A stretch of 64,000 nt of DNA. It comes from an uncultured virus (IMG/VR IMGVR_UViG_3300028394_000058). Its lineage: Duplodnaviria > Heunggongvirae > Uroviricota > Caudoviricetes. The DNA is taken from the IMG/VR virus record IMGVR_UViG_3300028394_000058, one strand, 5' to 3'. Position 1 is the stretch's first letter. Each line of letters begins with the position of its first letter. The notes under the pieces are model-generated. The model was given only the letters and a program-made list of their open reading frames with translations, was not told where the DNA came from and ran no database searches. This document shows positions 45,926 through 56,143 of the stretch, piece after piece. Made by a program: the position numbers and the translations under genes.

Positions 45926-46507
45926 ATGGCAGAAACTTATACCCCTACAGAGGGAATGGCAACAGCAGCTAAACGCGCACTTAAATGGCGCGAAGATGGA
46001 TATCCAGGTGGCACCTTAGTAGGGCTAGCCAGAGCTAATCAACTTAAAAATCGCGAACCACTTAGTGCTAGCGTTGTGCTACGTATGTTTAGCTTTTTTA
46101 GTCGACATGAAGTAGATAAACGCGCAACTGGTTTTAACAGTGGTGAAGAAGGTTTTCCTAGTAAGGGCAGGGTAGCTTGGGATTTGTGGGGTGGTGATGG
46201 TGGTTATACTTGGTCTGAGCAAAAACGCAATCAGATTATGCGAGATCGGGAGGGTAAAGCCGTAAAGCTAGTACAGATCAGCACAAAATCCGAAATGTCA
46301 GATTACATGCTTAGTGCAATGGCACAATACCTAGAAGACTATGCTAATCAAAATATTAGTGAAAGCCTAGAGGCATTTGGTCAATTTATGTATCATGCTC
46401 AATTACTTAGAAACTGTCACCTAGATACTTATTTACTAGACTTGCACATGGTAGAACAACCATACAGAGATATTTTAGTAGATGTATTTATGGAATTAGA
46501 TGATTAA
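45926..46507 (+). CDS. hypothetical phage protein
   Basis: GGT.VG.ARANQL...RM.SFFSRH...AWDLWGGD motif. Confidence 0.65.
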   Translation: MAETYTPTEGMATAAKRALKWREDGYPGGTLVGLARANQLKNREPLSASVVLRMFSFFSRHEVDKRATGFNSGEEGFPSKGRVAWDLWGGDGGYTWSEQKRNQIMRDREGKAVKLVQISTKSEMSDYMLSAMAQYLEDYANQNISESLEAFGQFMYHAQLLRNCHLDTYLLDLHMVEQPYRDILVDVFMELDD

Positions 46508-46508
46508 C

Positions 46509-46544
46509 AAAAAAGCCCCTAGTAGCAATACTAGGGGCTTTTTT
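46509..46544. terminator. bidirectional terminator at the convergence of early and late genes
   Basis: AAAAAAGCCCCTAGTA-GCAA-TACTAGGGGCTTTTTT. Confidence 0.9.
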
Positions 46545-47257
46545 TAATTGTTGTAAGCTAAAATAATTTGTTTGCACATTTTACTGCGTACAATATCTTC
46601 GTCTAAAAATCTAACTACTTGAATATTAGGTAAACCTTCTAGTCTGTTAACAGCATCTTCTAGTCCACTGTCTACAATATCTACTTGTTTAGGATCACCA
46701 CTTAGGATAACTTTGCAGTTTTTACCTATTCTGGAAAGCAACATTTTTAACTCTATCTTGCTTAAATTTTGTGCTTCGTCTACTAAGATTACTGTATCGT
46801 CAAAACTACTGCCGCGCATAAACCCTATTGGTTTAGGATCTATATTTTTATTTTTTAGTGCGTATTGATAGAATCCCTGACCTAGTGTACGAGTAAATAC
46901 ACTGTCAAAAGGTGCTAAGTATGGTGCATATTTTTCATCAATAGCACCAGGTAAAAATCCCATACCGCGACCAGTTTCTACGTTAGGCCTAGTAAGAACT
47001 ATTTTGTCAATACGTTTATAAAACAATTCGCAAGCAGCATAACTAGCAGCTACATATGTCTTTCCTGTTCCTGCACTTCCAATTCCAAAAACTACATCAC
47101 TAGAACGTATTGCTTCAAGATAGACGCCTTGAATGTAGTTAAGAGGTTTGACTTCAATAAAAGTATGTTTACTAGGTTTATCAAATTTTTCGGACTTGTC
47201 TTCGCGCAAAGCTTTACCAGAGGAAGGTTTCATAGAGATTCCTATGTGTTGTTTCAA
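46544..47257 (-). CDS. phoH: PhoH-like ATPase
   Basis: GSAGTGKT, GFLPG, FMRG.SF, DEAQN, GD..Q.D, DIVRS; start uncertain. Confidence 0.92.
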   Translation of the reverse strand: MKQHIGISMKPSSGKALREDKSEKFDKPSKHTFIEVKPLNYIQGVYLEAIRSSDVVFGIGSAGTGKTYVAASYAACELFYKRIDKIVLTRPNVETGRGMGFLPGAIDEKYAPYLAPFDSVFTRTLGQGFYQYALKNKNIDPKPIGFMRGSSFDDTVILVDEAQNLSKIELKMLLSRIGKNCKVILSGDPKQVDIVDSGLEDAVNRLEGLPNIQVVRFLDEDIVRSKMCKQIILAYNN

Positions 47258-47829
47258 TTTAAATACTTTTCGTATTTTGTACTTCTTGTATTTAATACAT
47301 CCTCCACATGATGTCTGTTAATATCACAAGCACTACGATTGCCATATAGTGCAACTTTTGATTTCAAACAAAGTTTCTCTACATTACCAAACCACAAATT
47401 AGGATTACACCAATTAGCCAATTTACAAGCTCTGCGTTCGTGTTCTACGCCACCTAAACCGCCGTTATAGGCAGCATCAGCAAAAGCATATGCTTCACGA
47501 CGATCAGGTACATGCTTACTAAAATACTGATAATTATCCCGCATCATTAATGCTAGTGCTCTGATTTGCAGGTCTGGGCGGTCATAGACTACTTGCCAGT
47601 TTAAGTCGTACAATTCCTTAGGATATTTATGTTTTAAGTCTGATAAAGCATCAAACCTAATCGATCCATCCGGTTTAAAAGCCCTGGTAATTTGTCCAAG
47701 CCCTGCACCCTCCTCTCTAGCACTTTTTAGTCTAGATTTAGAGTTCCAACATTTACTATGCGTAAGTGATATACAGGACTCGTGCTCTATTAAACTACCA
47801 AGGTATGCGGCTTTGGGTGTGTAGCCCAA
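47254..47829 (-). CDS. lytic transglycosylase (SLT-like) endolysin domain, probably the -1 frame continuation of 47790..48209
   Basis: IEHES catalytic Glu, GAGLGQ, AAYNGG, YV-like HHVEDV; no well-spaced RBS for the TTG start. Confidence 0.8.
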   Translation of the reverse strand: MGYTPKAAYLGSLIEHESCISLTHSKCWNSKSRLKSAREEGAGLGQITRAFKPDGSIRFDALSDLKHKYPKELYDLNWQVVYDRPDLQIRALALMMRDNYQYFSKHVPDRREAYAFADAAYNGGLGGVEHERRACKLANWCNPNLWFGNVEKLCLKSKVALYGNRSACDINRHHVEDVLNTRSTKYEKYLN

Positions 47830-48209
47830 ACCTTATTTTTTTCCAGTTGAAGCGTGGGTAAATGTTGTTGTGCTTGTTGCGGAATATAAGTACTTGGCGA
47901 CTGTGCGTATACTTGCGAGCCGAATAAGCTGAGCAAGCCGTAGATAATAATACACAGACCTAAAAAAGCTAAACCTGCGCCAGTGGCGGTTTCGCGTGCC
48001 TTTTTTAGCAAGGTTTCCATATCAGCGTAGTCAAATAGTGCTCGGCGTGCTAAGTGCGCAAACCACACGGCTACTACTGGAGTGGCTAATTTGGCTAGAA
48101 ATGGAATAGTCAAATTGCCGCCATTGGGGTCACTAAGGTAAAGATATACCATAACAATGAGTGTACCGCCAATCATAAAAATATTGCGGAAACGAAAATG
48201 TTCTTTCAT
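47790..48209 (-). CDS. three-TM holin-like protein / N-terminal part of a membrane-anchored endolysin
   Basis: three hydrophobic segments; the last ends VYA-Q; C-CCA-AAG near the 3' end. Confidence 0.65.
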   Translation of the reverse strand: MKEHFRFRNIFMIGGTLIVMVYLYLSDPNGGNLTIPFLAKLATPVVAVWFAHLARRALFDYADMETLLKKARETATGAGLAFLGLCIIIYGLLSLFGSQVYAQSPSTYIPQQAQQHLPTLQLEKNKVWATHPKPHTLVV

Positions 48210-48496
48210 GGTTTGTCCAGGTTAGATAGTTTGCGTATAGTAGCAATGCTATCTAGTTGTTTAAGGGCGCATTGACCATATAGGTTAATGACGGTTAAAT
48301 AATGATCTGCAACTTGTTCATAAGTAGCACCTACTAGTGGCGGCAATAACTCACAAGGTTGCAACAGTTTAGGTTCTACTACTACTCTATTGCCAGTGGT
48401 TGCCGGAGGTGGAATTTCCGGAATTTTTTTCTGGAAAATTCCACATCCGTTTAGCAATAAGAGTAATAAACCAAGGTTTATTACTAGTTTTTTCAT
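48206..48496 (-). CDS. outer-membrane spanin (Rz1-like lipoprotein)
   Basis: lipobox LLNGC; Pro-rich; LLQPC...Y.QC. Confidence 0.75.
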   Translation of the reverse strand: MKKLVINLGLLLLLLNGCGIFQKKIPEIPPPATTGNRVVVEPKLLQPCELLPPLVGATYEQVADHYLTVINLYGQCALKQLDSIATIRKLSNLDKP

Positions 48497-48855
48497 TTAT
48501 TATTCGCTTTAGAAATTGCTTCGTTAATGCTATCTAAAAAAATTACAGCTGGGATACACTTACCGTTTTCAATTATAGTAATTGGTTGAGCTTTAAGCTT
48601 AGATTTAATATCTTTGATAGTTTTACCTAATTCCTGCTTTTTACGCTCACCTTCGGCTGCAGTTTCTTGTAGTGCTGTTTCTAAGTCTTGAATTTTTTGT
48701 TTTACTTCCAATTCATATTTTTGCTTTTCTTCTTGACACTCAAGTTTTGCTTGGTATTTACCGCGTTCATATACTACATTATAGCCGTAATATCCTAATA
48801 TAGATAATACAACAATAATTCCGATTGCAACAATTGCTTTTACATCATTAATCAT
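48493..48855 (-). CDS. inner-membrane spanin (Rz-like)
   Basis: N-terminal TM followed by coiled coil and a C-terminal Cys. Confidence 0.75.
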   Translation of the reverse strand: MINDVKAIVAIGIIVVLSILGYYGYNVVYERGKYQAKLECQEEKQKYELEVKQKIQDLETALQETAAEGERKKQELGKTIKDIKSKLKAQPITIIENGKCIPAVIFLDSINEAISKANNK

Positions 48856-48863
48856 TATTAATC

Positions 48864-51800
48864 CTAATCAAAAAAGCTTAAAAAGTTACCATAATTACCA
48901 GCAACAATAGGATCTGTTATACTAACATTAATAGAACCGCTTGCTGGACTGCCTAAGGTTAGGGTAAATGTTTCGGTCCCCTCTACAACCAAATCTGCAG
49001 TAGTAGTAAAACTTTGAGTACCACTATTACTTGTAATAGTAAAATTACCTGTTAAACTAGCATTATTAATATCACCAGTACTTACACCGGTTATAGTATA
49101 GGGTACCGTAGTAGTATCAAACACATTTGTAGTATTTAGAGTAATAACAAAACTACTGCCTTCAGTAACAGTAGTTGCGCTAGTACTTAAAGCATAGGTG
49201 CGAGTTTTAGTATAGTCAGCAATAAGTACGCTTACAGTTGTACCTATTGTATTTAAGGTAATTACAAAAGTTTCATCACCCTCAGTTAAATAATCAGCAT
49301 TAGTGGTAAATACTATACTGGCAGTATTACTAACTACTGTAAAATTACCAGTTAAACTAGCACCAGCAATATCTGCGGTACTAACTCCGGTAATAGTATA
49401 CGGTACTGTAGTATTATCTGGCACATCTGTAGTAGTTAAGGTAATAGTAAAATTACCGCCCTCATTAAGACTAGTAGGGTTTGCTGCTAATGCGTAGGTA
49501 GGATGTAATAGGTTATTAATTGCTACACTAATTGCACTGCCTGTACCATAGGTTGGATTTAGGGTCAGTGTAAAAATTTCCTGCCCTTCAGTTACATAGT
49601 CCCAAGTAGTATTAACTACTAAACTAGCACTATTACTACTAATTGTAAAATTACCAGTTAAACTAGCATTATCAATATCACTGCTACTTACACCAGTTAT
49701 TGTATATGGTACTGTAGTACCATTGGGCAAATTAGTAGTTGTTAAGGTAATAGTAAAACTACCCCCCTCAGTTACACTAACAGCACTACGAGCTAAGCTA
49801 TAAGTAGGTAGTAAGGAAGTATCATTAACAGCAACTGCAATACTTGCTGCACCATTATTTAATGCAAGCGTAAGTGTTTCACTGCCTTCAGTGTTATAGT
49901 CATTGGCTATATTAAGCACAACATTAGCAGTTCCACCACTAACTGTAAAATTACCTGTTAAACTAGCACCACTAATATCAGCACTTGTTATACCTGTAAT
50001 AGTATAAGGTACAAGGGTGCCGTTAGGTGCATTAGTAGTTAAGGTAATTGTAACACTACCGCCCTCATCAACTGTAGCAGCACTACGAGCTAAACTAAAA
50101 GTTGCGGGAGCATAAAAATACCAGCCAGTAGTGCCAGTATTATTACCATTATCAACGCTGTTTGCACCAGCATACCAACCACCACCACCCTTTGGCTTGC
50201 AGTTAGCTATATTAAGATAATCTCCGCTTACTACACTACTACTTTCAGTATTGTAAATTCCCCAGTTACTCCAGTTACCACTTCGTGATCTAATATACCT
50301 ATAGCCGGAGCTACTTGTACCTATATTAAAAGTAGAACCTTTAATAGGAAACCCGTATGCACTTAGACTAAATTTATCAGCATAAAAGTTTACACTAGAT
50401 GTAGTATAATTAAAGTCAATTTGACTAGCTGTTGGTATATCGAAATTAGTATTATAACCGGCTGTAAGAAATAAAGTACCAACATCAGTAGTGCTATTAT
50501 ATCCAATATTATTAACTATTTTACCACCAAAATTGGTATAAAATCCAGCAGATTGATCTCCTTGTTGAGTGCCATTAAGTCCATCAAATGTAGCAGTACC
50601 TGTGGAATCACTAATCATAGTAAATCCAACACTCTGAAAAGCATAATTAATAGCATTAGCTCCTCTGAATACCCAATTGCTGTTGCTTATATTTAGTGTA
50701 CCTCCACCCCAAAGTGAAGTACCTAAAGTTCCAGCAACTTCAACAAATTGACCTGAAGAAGTAGTAGTGCCACCATCTATATTAATATTCTTAAACTTCC
50801 AATTGCTTGTAGTTAGTGCAGCGTTTGTGTTAATATTAACTTGTGGCCAAGCAAAAGTATTGTTATCGCAATACATTTGAACAACAAGTTCAAGACTATC
50901 AGTTTTATTTATATTTACTGTAAAATTAGCTGGTGCAGACAAGCCTCCTGTATATACTGTAAATTCATTACCACCAATACTCCAAACACTATCTGTTGGT
51001 ACTGTATAATTATTAATTCTAAATCCGCTAACTCTAAAATCCGTAGTAGGAGCTAATACGTATGCGGAAACACGCTCCGTTAAATCAAAACTGGGTTGAT
51101 TAAGAGTTTGTCTTGCGGTACCGCCGTGACTAACTGTACCACCTCTACAATATACCCATATTTTATAATTACTGGTTAATAAATTGCTATATGCAAAACT
51201 CCATGGTGTACCACTAGTAGCAGCAATATAAATACTAGGATTTGTATAAATATCAGTACCACTAATAATTGCTTTAGCAGCAGTACTATTAGTACTAGAA
51301 TAAGAGGTTGTTACTTGCAATTGTTGACCATTTACATCCAGTGTACCACTTTCGTGCACTACAGTAGCCGCAACTAAAGTTGTATTTAGTTTTAAAGTAC
51401 CTGTAAAAGTACCTGCTAGTGTAAGTGGGCCAAAAGCGCGAAAAGCTCCGCCTTCGGCAAACTCACTATAACCTGTACTATATGTTGAGGTTATGGTAGC
51501 ATCAGCACCCCAATATATTAAATATAACCACTGCCATTTTGAATCACTTTGAACGCTACCAGATGCAAATGCATTACCAGTAAAAAGAATATTACCTGAT
51601 ATATTTACGGTTACAGGAGAAGTATTATTTAAAAATCCACTGCCAATTCTATAATAATCACCTCTGGGATTCCAATTACCAAGATTTTTTACATAACTAG
51701 CAACTACGTTGCACCTAGTATTCCAAGTTATATTAATGGCTGCAGCAGGAGTTGATGGTGCAGTAGGACCAAGTTGCCAAGAACCAGTACTATTATGAAA

Positions 51801-54023
51801 AAATCCAGAGTTTGTATGTGGGCATTGTGAAGTTAAACTAGCATAATTTAAATTTAATGGTCCAGTATTCTGCGTTAAAATATAACTTTCATTTTCAAAA
51901 GTAATTGAACGGGTACTAGCAGTGGATGTAAAACCCCAAGTAATCATAGACCAATTATTAGTATTAGTTTTTAATATTAAATTACCAGCATTATGACTAA
52001 CAGTTCCAGCAGTTGGAGGATTAGCACTAAAATAATTATGCTCGTAATAATAACAATTATAAGTACCGGTATTATTTAGTGTTGCATTATATCCTCTAAG
52101 GTTGTATATGTAATAAATGCAATTGCCGCCTAAAGTAACAGTACCATTAGCGTTTATATTAACACTGCCATCATGGTTGGTGCCATCACTGCCTATATAA
52201 ACCCAAGCATTAGAAGGATAACTTAAACTTATAGTTGCAGCTCTTAAATTATATATATATTGATTGGCTCCTGTACCGTTAGCACCAGTAAATGTAGCTA
52301 GGGTAGTACCAGTATAATTAATATAACCATTACTGCCAATAGTAGCAGATTGAGTTACACTTAAACCAGTTATTGTTTGGCCGGTATACCCTGTAAAATT
52401 TTTACAAAAAATTATAGTAGCAGCCGTGGTCATACCAGCACCGTCTACAATAGTAAGATTTCTAACAGTAGTGGCACCAGTGCTATTATTTATTCTAGAA
52501 AGTGTAAGATTATATGCGTTATCTGCGCCAAGAACACCAGTGGGTGTGCCTGTAGCCGCAACCTGACCAGTACTTTGATGTAAAAATCCAGCATTATCAA
52601 ATTGACAACTACTAGTAAGACTTGTGTATCCAACAAGTAGTGGACCAGTATTTAGTGTAGTAATATAACTATTATCCTCAAAGGTTAGACCACGAGTTCC
52701 GCTATTGCTAGTAAACGCATAAGTAGTTAGTGTATAACCACTTTTAATATTTAAAGTACCTGCACTATGCGTAGTAGTTCCTGCAGTTGGTGGATTAGCG
52801 TTATAATAGTTGGGCTCTAGTTTATATACATTATAACTACCATTACTACTCATTGTAGTATTATAGCTTCGTACGTTATATAAATTAAACGCGCTAGTAT
52901 TACCACTTAATGTTAGTGTAGCATTAGTAGACAGTGTTACAATTTGAGCATCATCATCTTTTACACCTAAATTATAAGTACAGCTTGTTCCGCTACAAGT
53001 TATATTTACAGCTTTAAGTGAGTTTATCGTAAAAGTAGCCGTAGTACCGCTTATATTAGCTATAGTAGCAGCAAGAAAAGTGGTATAACCAGCACTTATA
53101 GTACTTGTACCGCCGTTAGTAGCATTATAAATAAGAAGTGTACAAGTTGTCCAAGTTCTGTCACCACTACTACTAGTAATTGTTCCGTAAACAGTTAGAG
53201 TTCCTGCTGTGCCCGTGTGTTGCCCATCAATACTTATATTATTAACAGATCCACTAATACTCCAGTTTGTGTTACTCTCTAGCGCAACATTGGGCGTATA
53301 AGACGCTGCAGCAGTTGTTGATACTGCAGGAGCAGGAAAAAGTAAGCTATTATTACCGCCATTTGTAAGACTTCTAACACGTACAGTACCGCTTCTACTA
53401 CTAAAAGTGCAAGCGGTTCCGCTGTTCATCCCGCAACCAATTGCATTACCACCAGCACTAAGAATAAGGTCAGCGTTCATTGCCCAAATTCTAGCTGTTG
53501 TGCTAGTATTAACTATACCACCACATACAATAACTACGTTTTGAATAAGTGCGCCGCTGGTATAAGTAAGAATAGAACTATTACTATTAGTGCCCTGTAT
53601 GTTAACTTGCGAAGTATTAAAAGTGACGCCGCCTGAACCTGTTTTAGCTAGTGTCATCTGCTTTAAATTATTGTTTCCAAAATTTGCATCTACACTAGTT
53701 GTACCACTTAAAGTAAGCTGTCCCGCACCATTTTGTATAAAACTGCCGCCTGAATTATTAATATTACCCTGAACAACAAATGCAGCAGTAGTATTAAGAT
53801 TAAAAGTTCCGCTATTAATAGTAAGAGGACCAGTAACAGTTAAACCAGTACCGGCTATAGTACAAGTACCGCCAATAGTTAAATTTCTACAAGTTTGAGC
53901 GGCTACAGTAACTGTTCCACCATTAATAAATACATCATCAGTAGTGGCTGGAACACCAGTAGGGCTCCAACTAGCAGCAGTAGCCCAAGTACCGGTACTT
54001 CCATTCCAAGTTTTATTTGCCAT
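48864..54023 (-). CDS. large tail fibre/adhesin with four C-terminal Ig/Calx-beta-like repeats
   Basis: T/N/G/S-rich beta-repeat body; four ~100-aa repeats (EGG.FTITLTT...TVPYTITGV...LTGNFT...EG.ETFTL). Confidence 0.75.
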   Translation of the reverse strand: MANKTWNGSTGTWATAASWSPTGVPATTDDVFINGGTVTVAAQTCRNLTIGGTCTIAGTGLTVTGPLTINSGTFNLNTTAAFVVQGNINNSGGSFIQNGAGQLTLSGTTSVDANFGNNNLKQMTLAKTGSGGVTFNTSQVNIQGTNSNSSILTYTSGALIQNVVIVCGGIVNTSTTARIWAMNADLILSAGGNAIGCGMNSGTACTFSSRSGTVRVRSLTNGGNNSLLFPAPAVSTTAAASYTPNVALESNTNWSISGSVNNISIDGQHTGTAGTLTVYGTITSSSGDRTWTTCTLLIYNATNGGTSTISAGYTTFLAATIANISGTTATFTINSLKAVNITCSGTSCTYNLGVKDDDAQIVTLSTNATLTLSGNTSAFNLYNVRSYNTTMSSNGSYNVYKLEPNYYNANPPTAGTTTHSAGTLNIKSGYTLTTYAFTSNSGTRGLTFEDNSYITTLNTGPLLVGYTSLTSSCQFDNAGFLHQSTGQVAATGTPTGVLGADNAYNLTLSRINNSTGATTVRNLTIVDGAGMTTAATIIFCKNFTGYTGQTITGLSVTQSATIGSNGYINYTGTTLATFTGANGTGANQYIYNLRAATISLSYPSNAWVYIGSDGTNHDGSVNINANGTVTLGGNCIYYIYNLRGYNATLNNTGTYNCYYYEHNYFSANPPTAGTVSHNAGNLILKTNTNNWSMITWGFTSTASTRSITFENESYILTQNTGPLNLNYASLTSQCPHTNSGFFHNSTGSWQLGPTAPSTPAAAINITWNTRCNVVASYVKNLGNWNPRGDYYRIGSGFLNNTSPVTVNISGNILFTGNAFASGSVQSDSKWQWLYLIYWGADATITSTYSTGYSEFAEGGAFRAFGPLTLAGTFTGTLKLNTTLVAATVVHESGTLDVNGQQLQVTTSYSSTNSTAAKAIISGTDIYTNPSIYIAATSGTPWSFAYSNLLTSNYKIWVYCRGGTVSHGGTARQTLNQPSFDLTERVSAYVLAPTTDFRVSGFRINNYTVPTDSVWSIGGNEFTVYTGGLSAPANFTVNINKTDSLELVVQMYCDNNTFAWPQVNINTNAALTTSNWKFKNINIDGGTTTSSGQFVEVAGTLGTSLWGGGTLNISNSNWVFRGANAINYAFQSVGFTMISDSTGTATFDGLNGTQQGDQSAGFYTNFGGKIVNNIGYNSTTDVGTLFLTAGYNTNFDIPTASQIDFNYTTSSVNFYADKFSLSAYGFPIKGSTFNIGTSSSGYRYIRSRSGNWSNWGIYNTESSSVVSGDYLNIANCKPKGGGGWYAGANSVDNGNNTGTTGWYFYAPATFSLARSAATVDEGGSVTITLTTNAPNGTLVPYTITGITSADISGASLTGNFTVSGGTANVVLNIANDYNTEGSETLTLALNNGAASIAVAVNDTSLLPTYSLARSAVSVTEGGSFTITLTTTNLPNGTTVPYTITGVSSSDIDNASLTGNFTISSNSASLVVNTTWDYVTEGQEIFTLTLNPTYGTGSAISVAINNLLHPTYALAANPTSLNEGGNFTITLTTTDVPDNTTVPYTITGVSTADIAGASLTGNFTVVSNTASIVFTTNADYLTEGDETFVITLNTIGTTVSVLIADYTKTRTYALSTSATTVTEGSSFVITLNTTNVFDTTTVPYTITGVSTGDINNASLTGNFTITSNSGTQSFTTTADLVVEGTETFTLTLGSPASGSINVSITDPIVAGNYGNFLSFFD

Positions 54024-54035
54024 TGTTAGTACCCA

Positions 54036-55652
54036 TTAAAATCCAGCTACTTTTGCTACTAGTTGCCACTTTGCTGGTGTTGAGTTGTAAATAAAACCAT
54101 AAAAGTCCCATTTACTGTTACCGCTAGTAGTTGTAGGTAATACTAGGTCAGTAGATCCCTGAAAAATACTTGCCCAGTTTAAGGTTTGTGCAAAAGTACA
54201 TTGAATTTTATAGATCAGCTTTTGACCGTTTACTGGTGTTCCAGTTGGTGCACTTACTAATAAGGTACCAGCTGCACCGGTCATGACCATTTCGGTTGAA
54301 TCACAGTTGTCTGCATTTACAGCATAAGTAGTTGATGTAGCAGCTACGTTTACTCTTGCTTGAAGACGTTTATTTGTTAGTGTTTGTACACCACTATCGC
54401 TGTAAGTTTTATTTACTATATCCGTATTAGCACTAGGTGCAGTAGATACGGAACCACTAGTAATACTAGCTGTAGCTACAGTAGTTGTACCTGTAAAAGT
54501 AGAGTTAGCAAACATTGTTGCTTTACTTTCATTAGTAACATTACCTAAACCAACTTCTGTAGCCGTATAAGTAGGTTTAGTAGCTGTTTTTGCCCAAGCA
54601 TATACATCGCTGGCAGGAGCACTGCCTACTGTAACTGTACCTAAAGTAGTAATATTAGCACTACCAGCCCAAGTACTTAGCGCAGTATTTTCAACATTAC
54701 CTAAGCCAACCATGGACTTAGTTATGCCGCCAACAGTGCCTGTAAAAGTGGGGCTAGCTATATTAGCGTATGGAGAGGTAACATTTTTCCACTTACTAGT
54801 ACCACTATCATACTGTAAAATTTGATTATTAGCTGCACTGGTAATTACAACATCGCTTAAGTATCCAGTATTAATATTTGCAAAACTAACATCATAGTCA
54901 GTACTGCTATTTTTTACTAATACTTGATTAGCAGTACCACCAGTAGGTACTCCCGCTCCAGCTGCACCTGTAGCACCTGTTGCCCCAGTAGCACCTTTAG
55001 GACCTTGTGGTCCTTGCACAGAATTTTCCAGTGCAATATAATCTACTCTAGTTTCGTGACTAGCATTACCTTGATTGCTGTGATACAATCTAAGTTGAGC
55101 TGTTCCATTATTTATATAACGTGCGGAACTAATAACTTGTAACGCAAATTGGTAATAACCATTTAACCCAGTATAGCTACCAATAGAGTCCCAAGTACTA
55201 GATACATAATCATATAGATCTACATAAATTGTATGTCCTGAATTTGGAGTATAACTAACATTCAATACGGCTCTGTTAAAACTTACTACATTTTGAAATG
55301 TAACTGTAAAAATCCATGCCGGTCCAGTGCCTGTACCGTCTGTAAAATTATAATAATTACCTTGCTCATAGTCACCATAAGTTTGAATGCTGCTTACAGT
55401 ACCACTTATGTATACACCATTTGTTAAACTAACACTACTAGCTAAATATGTAGTAGTCGTAGGAAATGGAATTGTTGACCAACTAGCAGCAGTACCGTTA
55501 GTGGTTAAAAATAATCCTGAATTACTAGTTTGTGCAGGTAGTACATTAGCAATAGCAGTATTAAGATTAATAAAATTATTATCTAGTTCTGTGTTGGTTA
55601 AGGGACGACCAACGTTACTCGCCCCAACTTCTCTTGTGACAATAGTTGCCAT
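54036..55652 (-). CDS. tail fibre protein with short collagen segment
   Basis: PLTNTELDNNF N-terminus; GPQGPKGATG; VGLGNV repeats. Confidence 0.75.
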   Translation of the reverse strand: MATIVTREVGASNVGRPLTNTELDNNFINLNTAIANVLPAQTSNSGLFLTTNGTAASWSTIPFPTTTTYLASSVSLTNGVYISGTVSSIQTYGDYEQGNYYNFTDGTGTGPAWIFTVTFQNVVSFNRAVLNVSYTPNSGHTIYVDLYDYVSSTWDSIGSYTGLNGYYQFALQVISSARYINNGTAQLRLYHSNQGNASHETRVDYIALENSVQGPQGPKGATGATGATGAAGAGVPTGGTANQVLVKNSSTDYDVSFANINTGYLSDVVITSAANNQILQYDSGTSKWKNVTSPYANIASPTFTGTVGGITKSMVGLGNVENTALSTWAGSANITTLGTVTVGSAPASDVYAWAKTATKPTYTATEVGLGNVTNESKATMFANSTFTGTTTVATASITSGSVSTAPSANTDIVNKTYSDSGVQTLTNKRLQARVNVAATSTTYAVNADNCDSTEMVMTGAAGTLLVSAPTGTPVNGQKLIYKIQCTFAQTLNWASIFQGSTDLVLPTTTSGNSKWDFYGFIYNSTPAKWQLVAKVAGF

Positions 55653-55670
55653 GATCGTCCCTTATTTAGA

Positions 55671-56123
55671 TTAAGCTACTGTAACTTTCCAAGTAATAAC
55701 TAAGGTATCTAAAGCACCTTTGTTAATAACTGCAAACACTGTACGGCAAAGCATTGTGCCCGATGTGCCTGCATTAAAAATACCTGCCTCAGTAACAGCA
55801 CCAGTACCAGTACCAGCTGCAAATGTAGCAACATACTGTACACTATCATTTGTGGCAGTCGTAGTTACGAGACTTGTACTATCTAGTGTAACTCGTGCAA
55901 GTTGGCTGCCTAGTGCAGTATCCGCTGCAGCAGCTGCAGTGCTACCACTACCAATACCCATGTGCGACATTGCTGTTGCTGTTGCGTCTTTAATACGACT
56001 AGCAATATAAGCTAAACCTGTATTAACTACTAAGTTATGCTCGTGTTGTTCTTTAACATTGCCAGCAGCATCTAAGAGTGTTAGTTGCAAGACGCCATTG
56101 GCTTTTAGTGAATCATTTAACAT
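55671..56123 (-). CDS. virion structural protein (tail-fibre associated)
   Basis: NLVVNTG...MGIGSG...TEAGIFNA...RTVFAVINKG...ITWKVT. Confidence 0.7.
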   Translation of the reverse strand: MLNDSLKANGVLQLTLLDAAGNVKEQHEHNLVVNTGLAYIASRIKDATATAMSHMGIGSGSTAAAAADTALGSQLARVTLDSTSLVTTTATNDSVQYVATFAAGTGTGAVTEAGIFNAGTSGTMLCRTVFAVINKGALDTLVITWKVTVA

Positions 56124-56143
56124 GACAATTTTCCTTTAAAAAA

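Noticed and set aside
48900..50100. C-terminal repeats of the adhesin as a diversity-generating retroelement target
   Set aside because: They are in-frame domain repeats, adenine-specific variation was not evident, and no reverse transcriptase is present in the window
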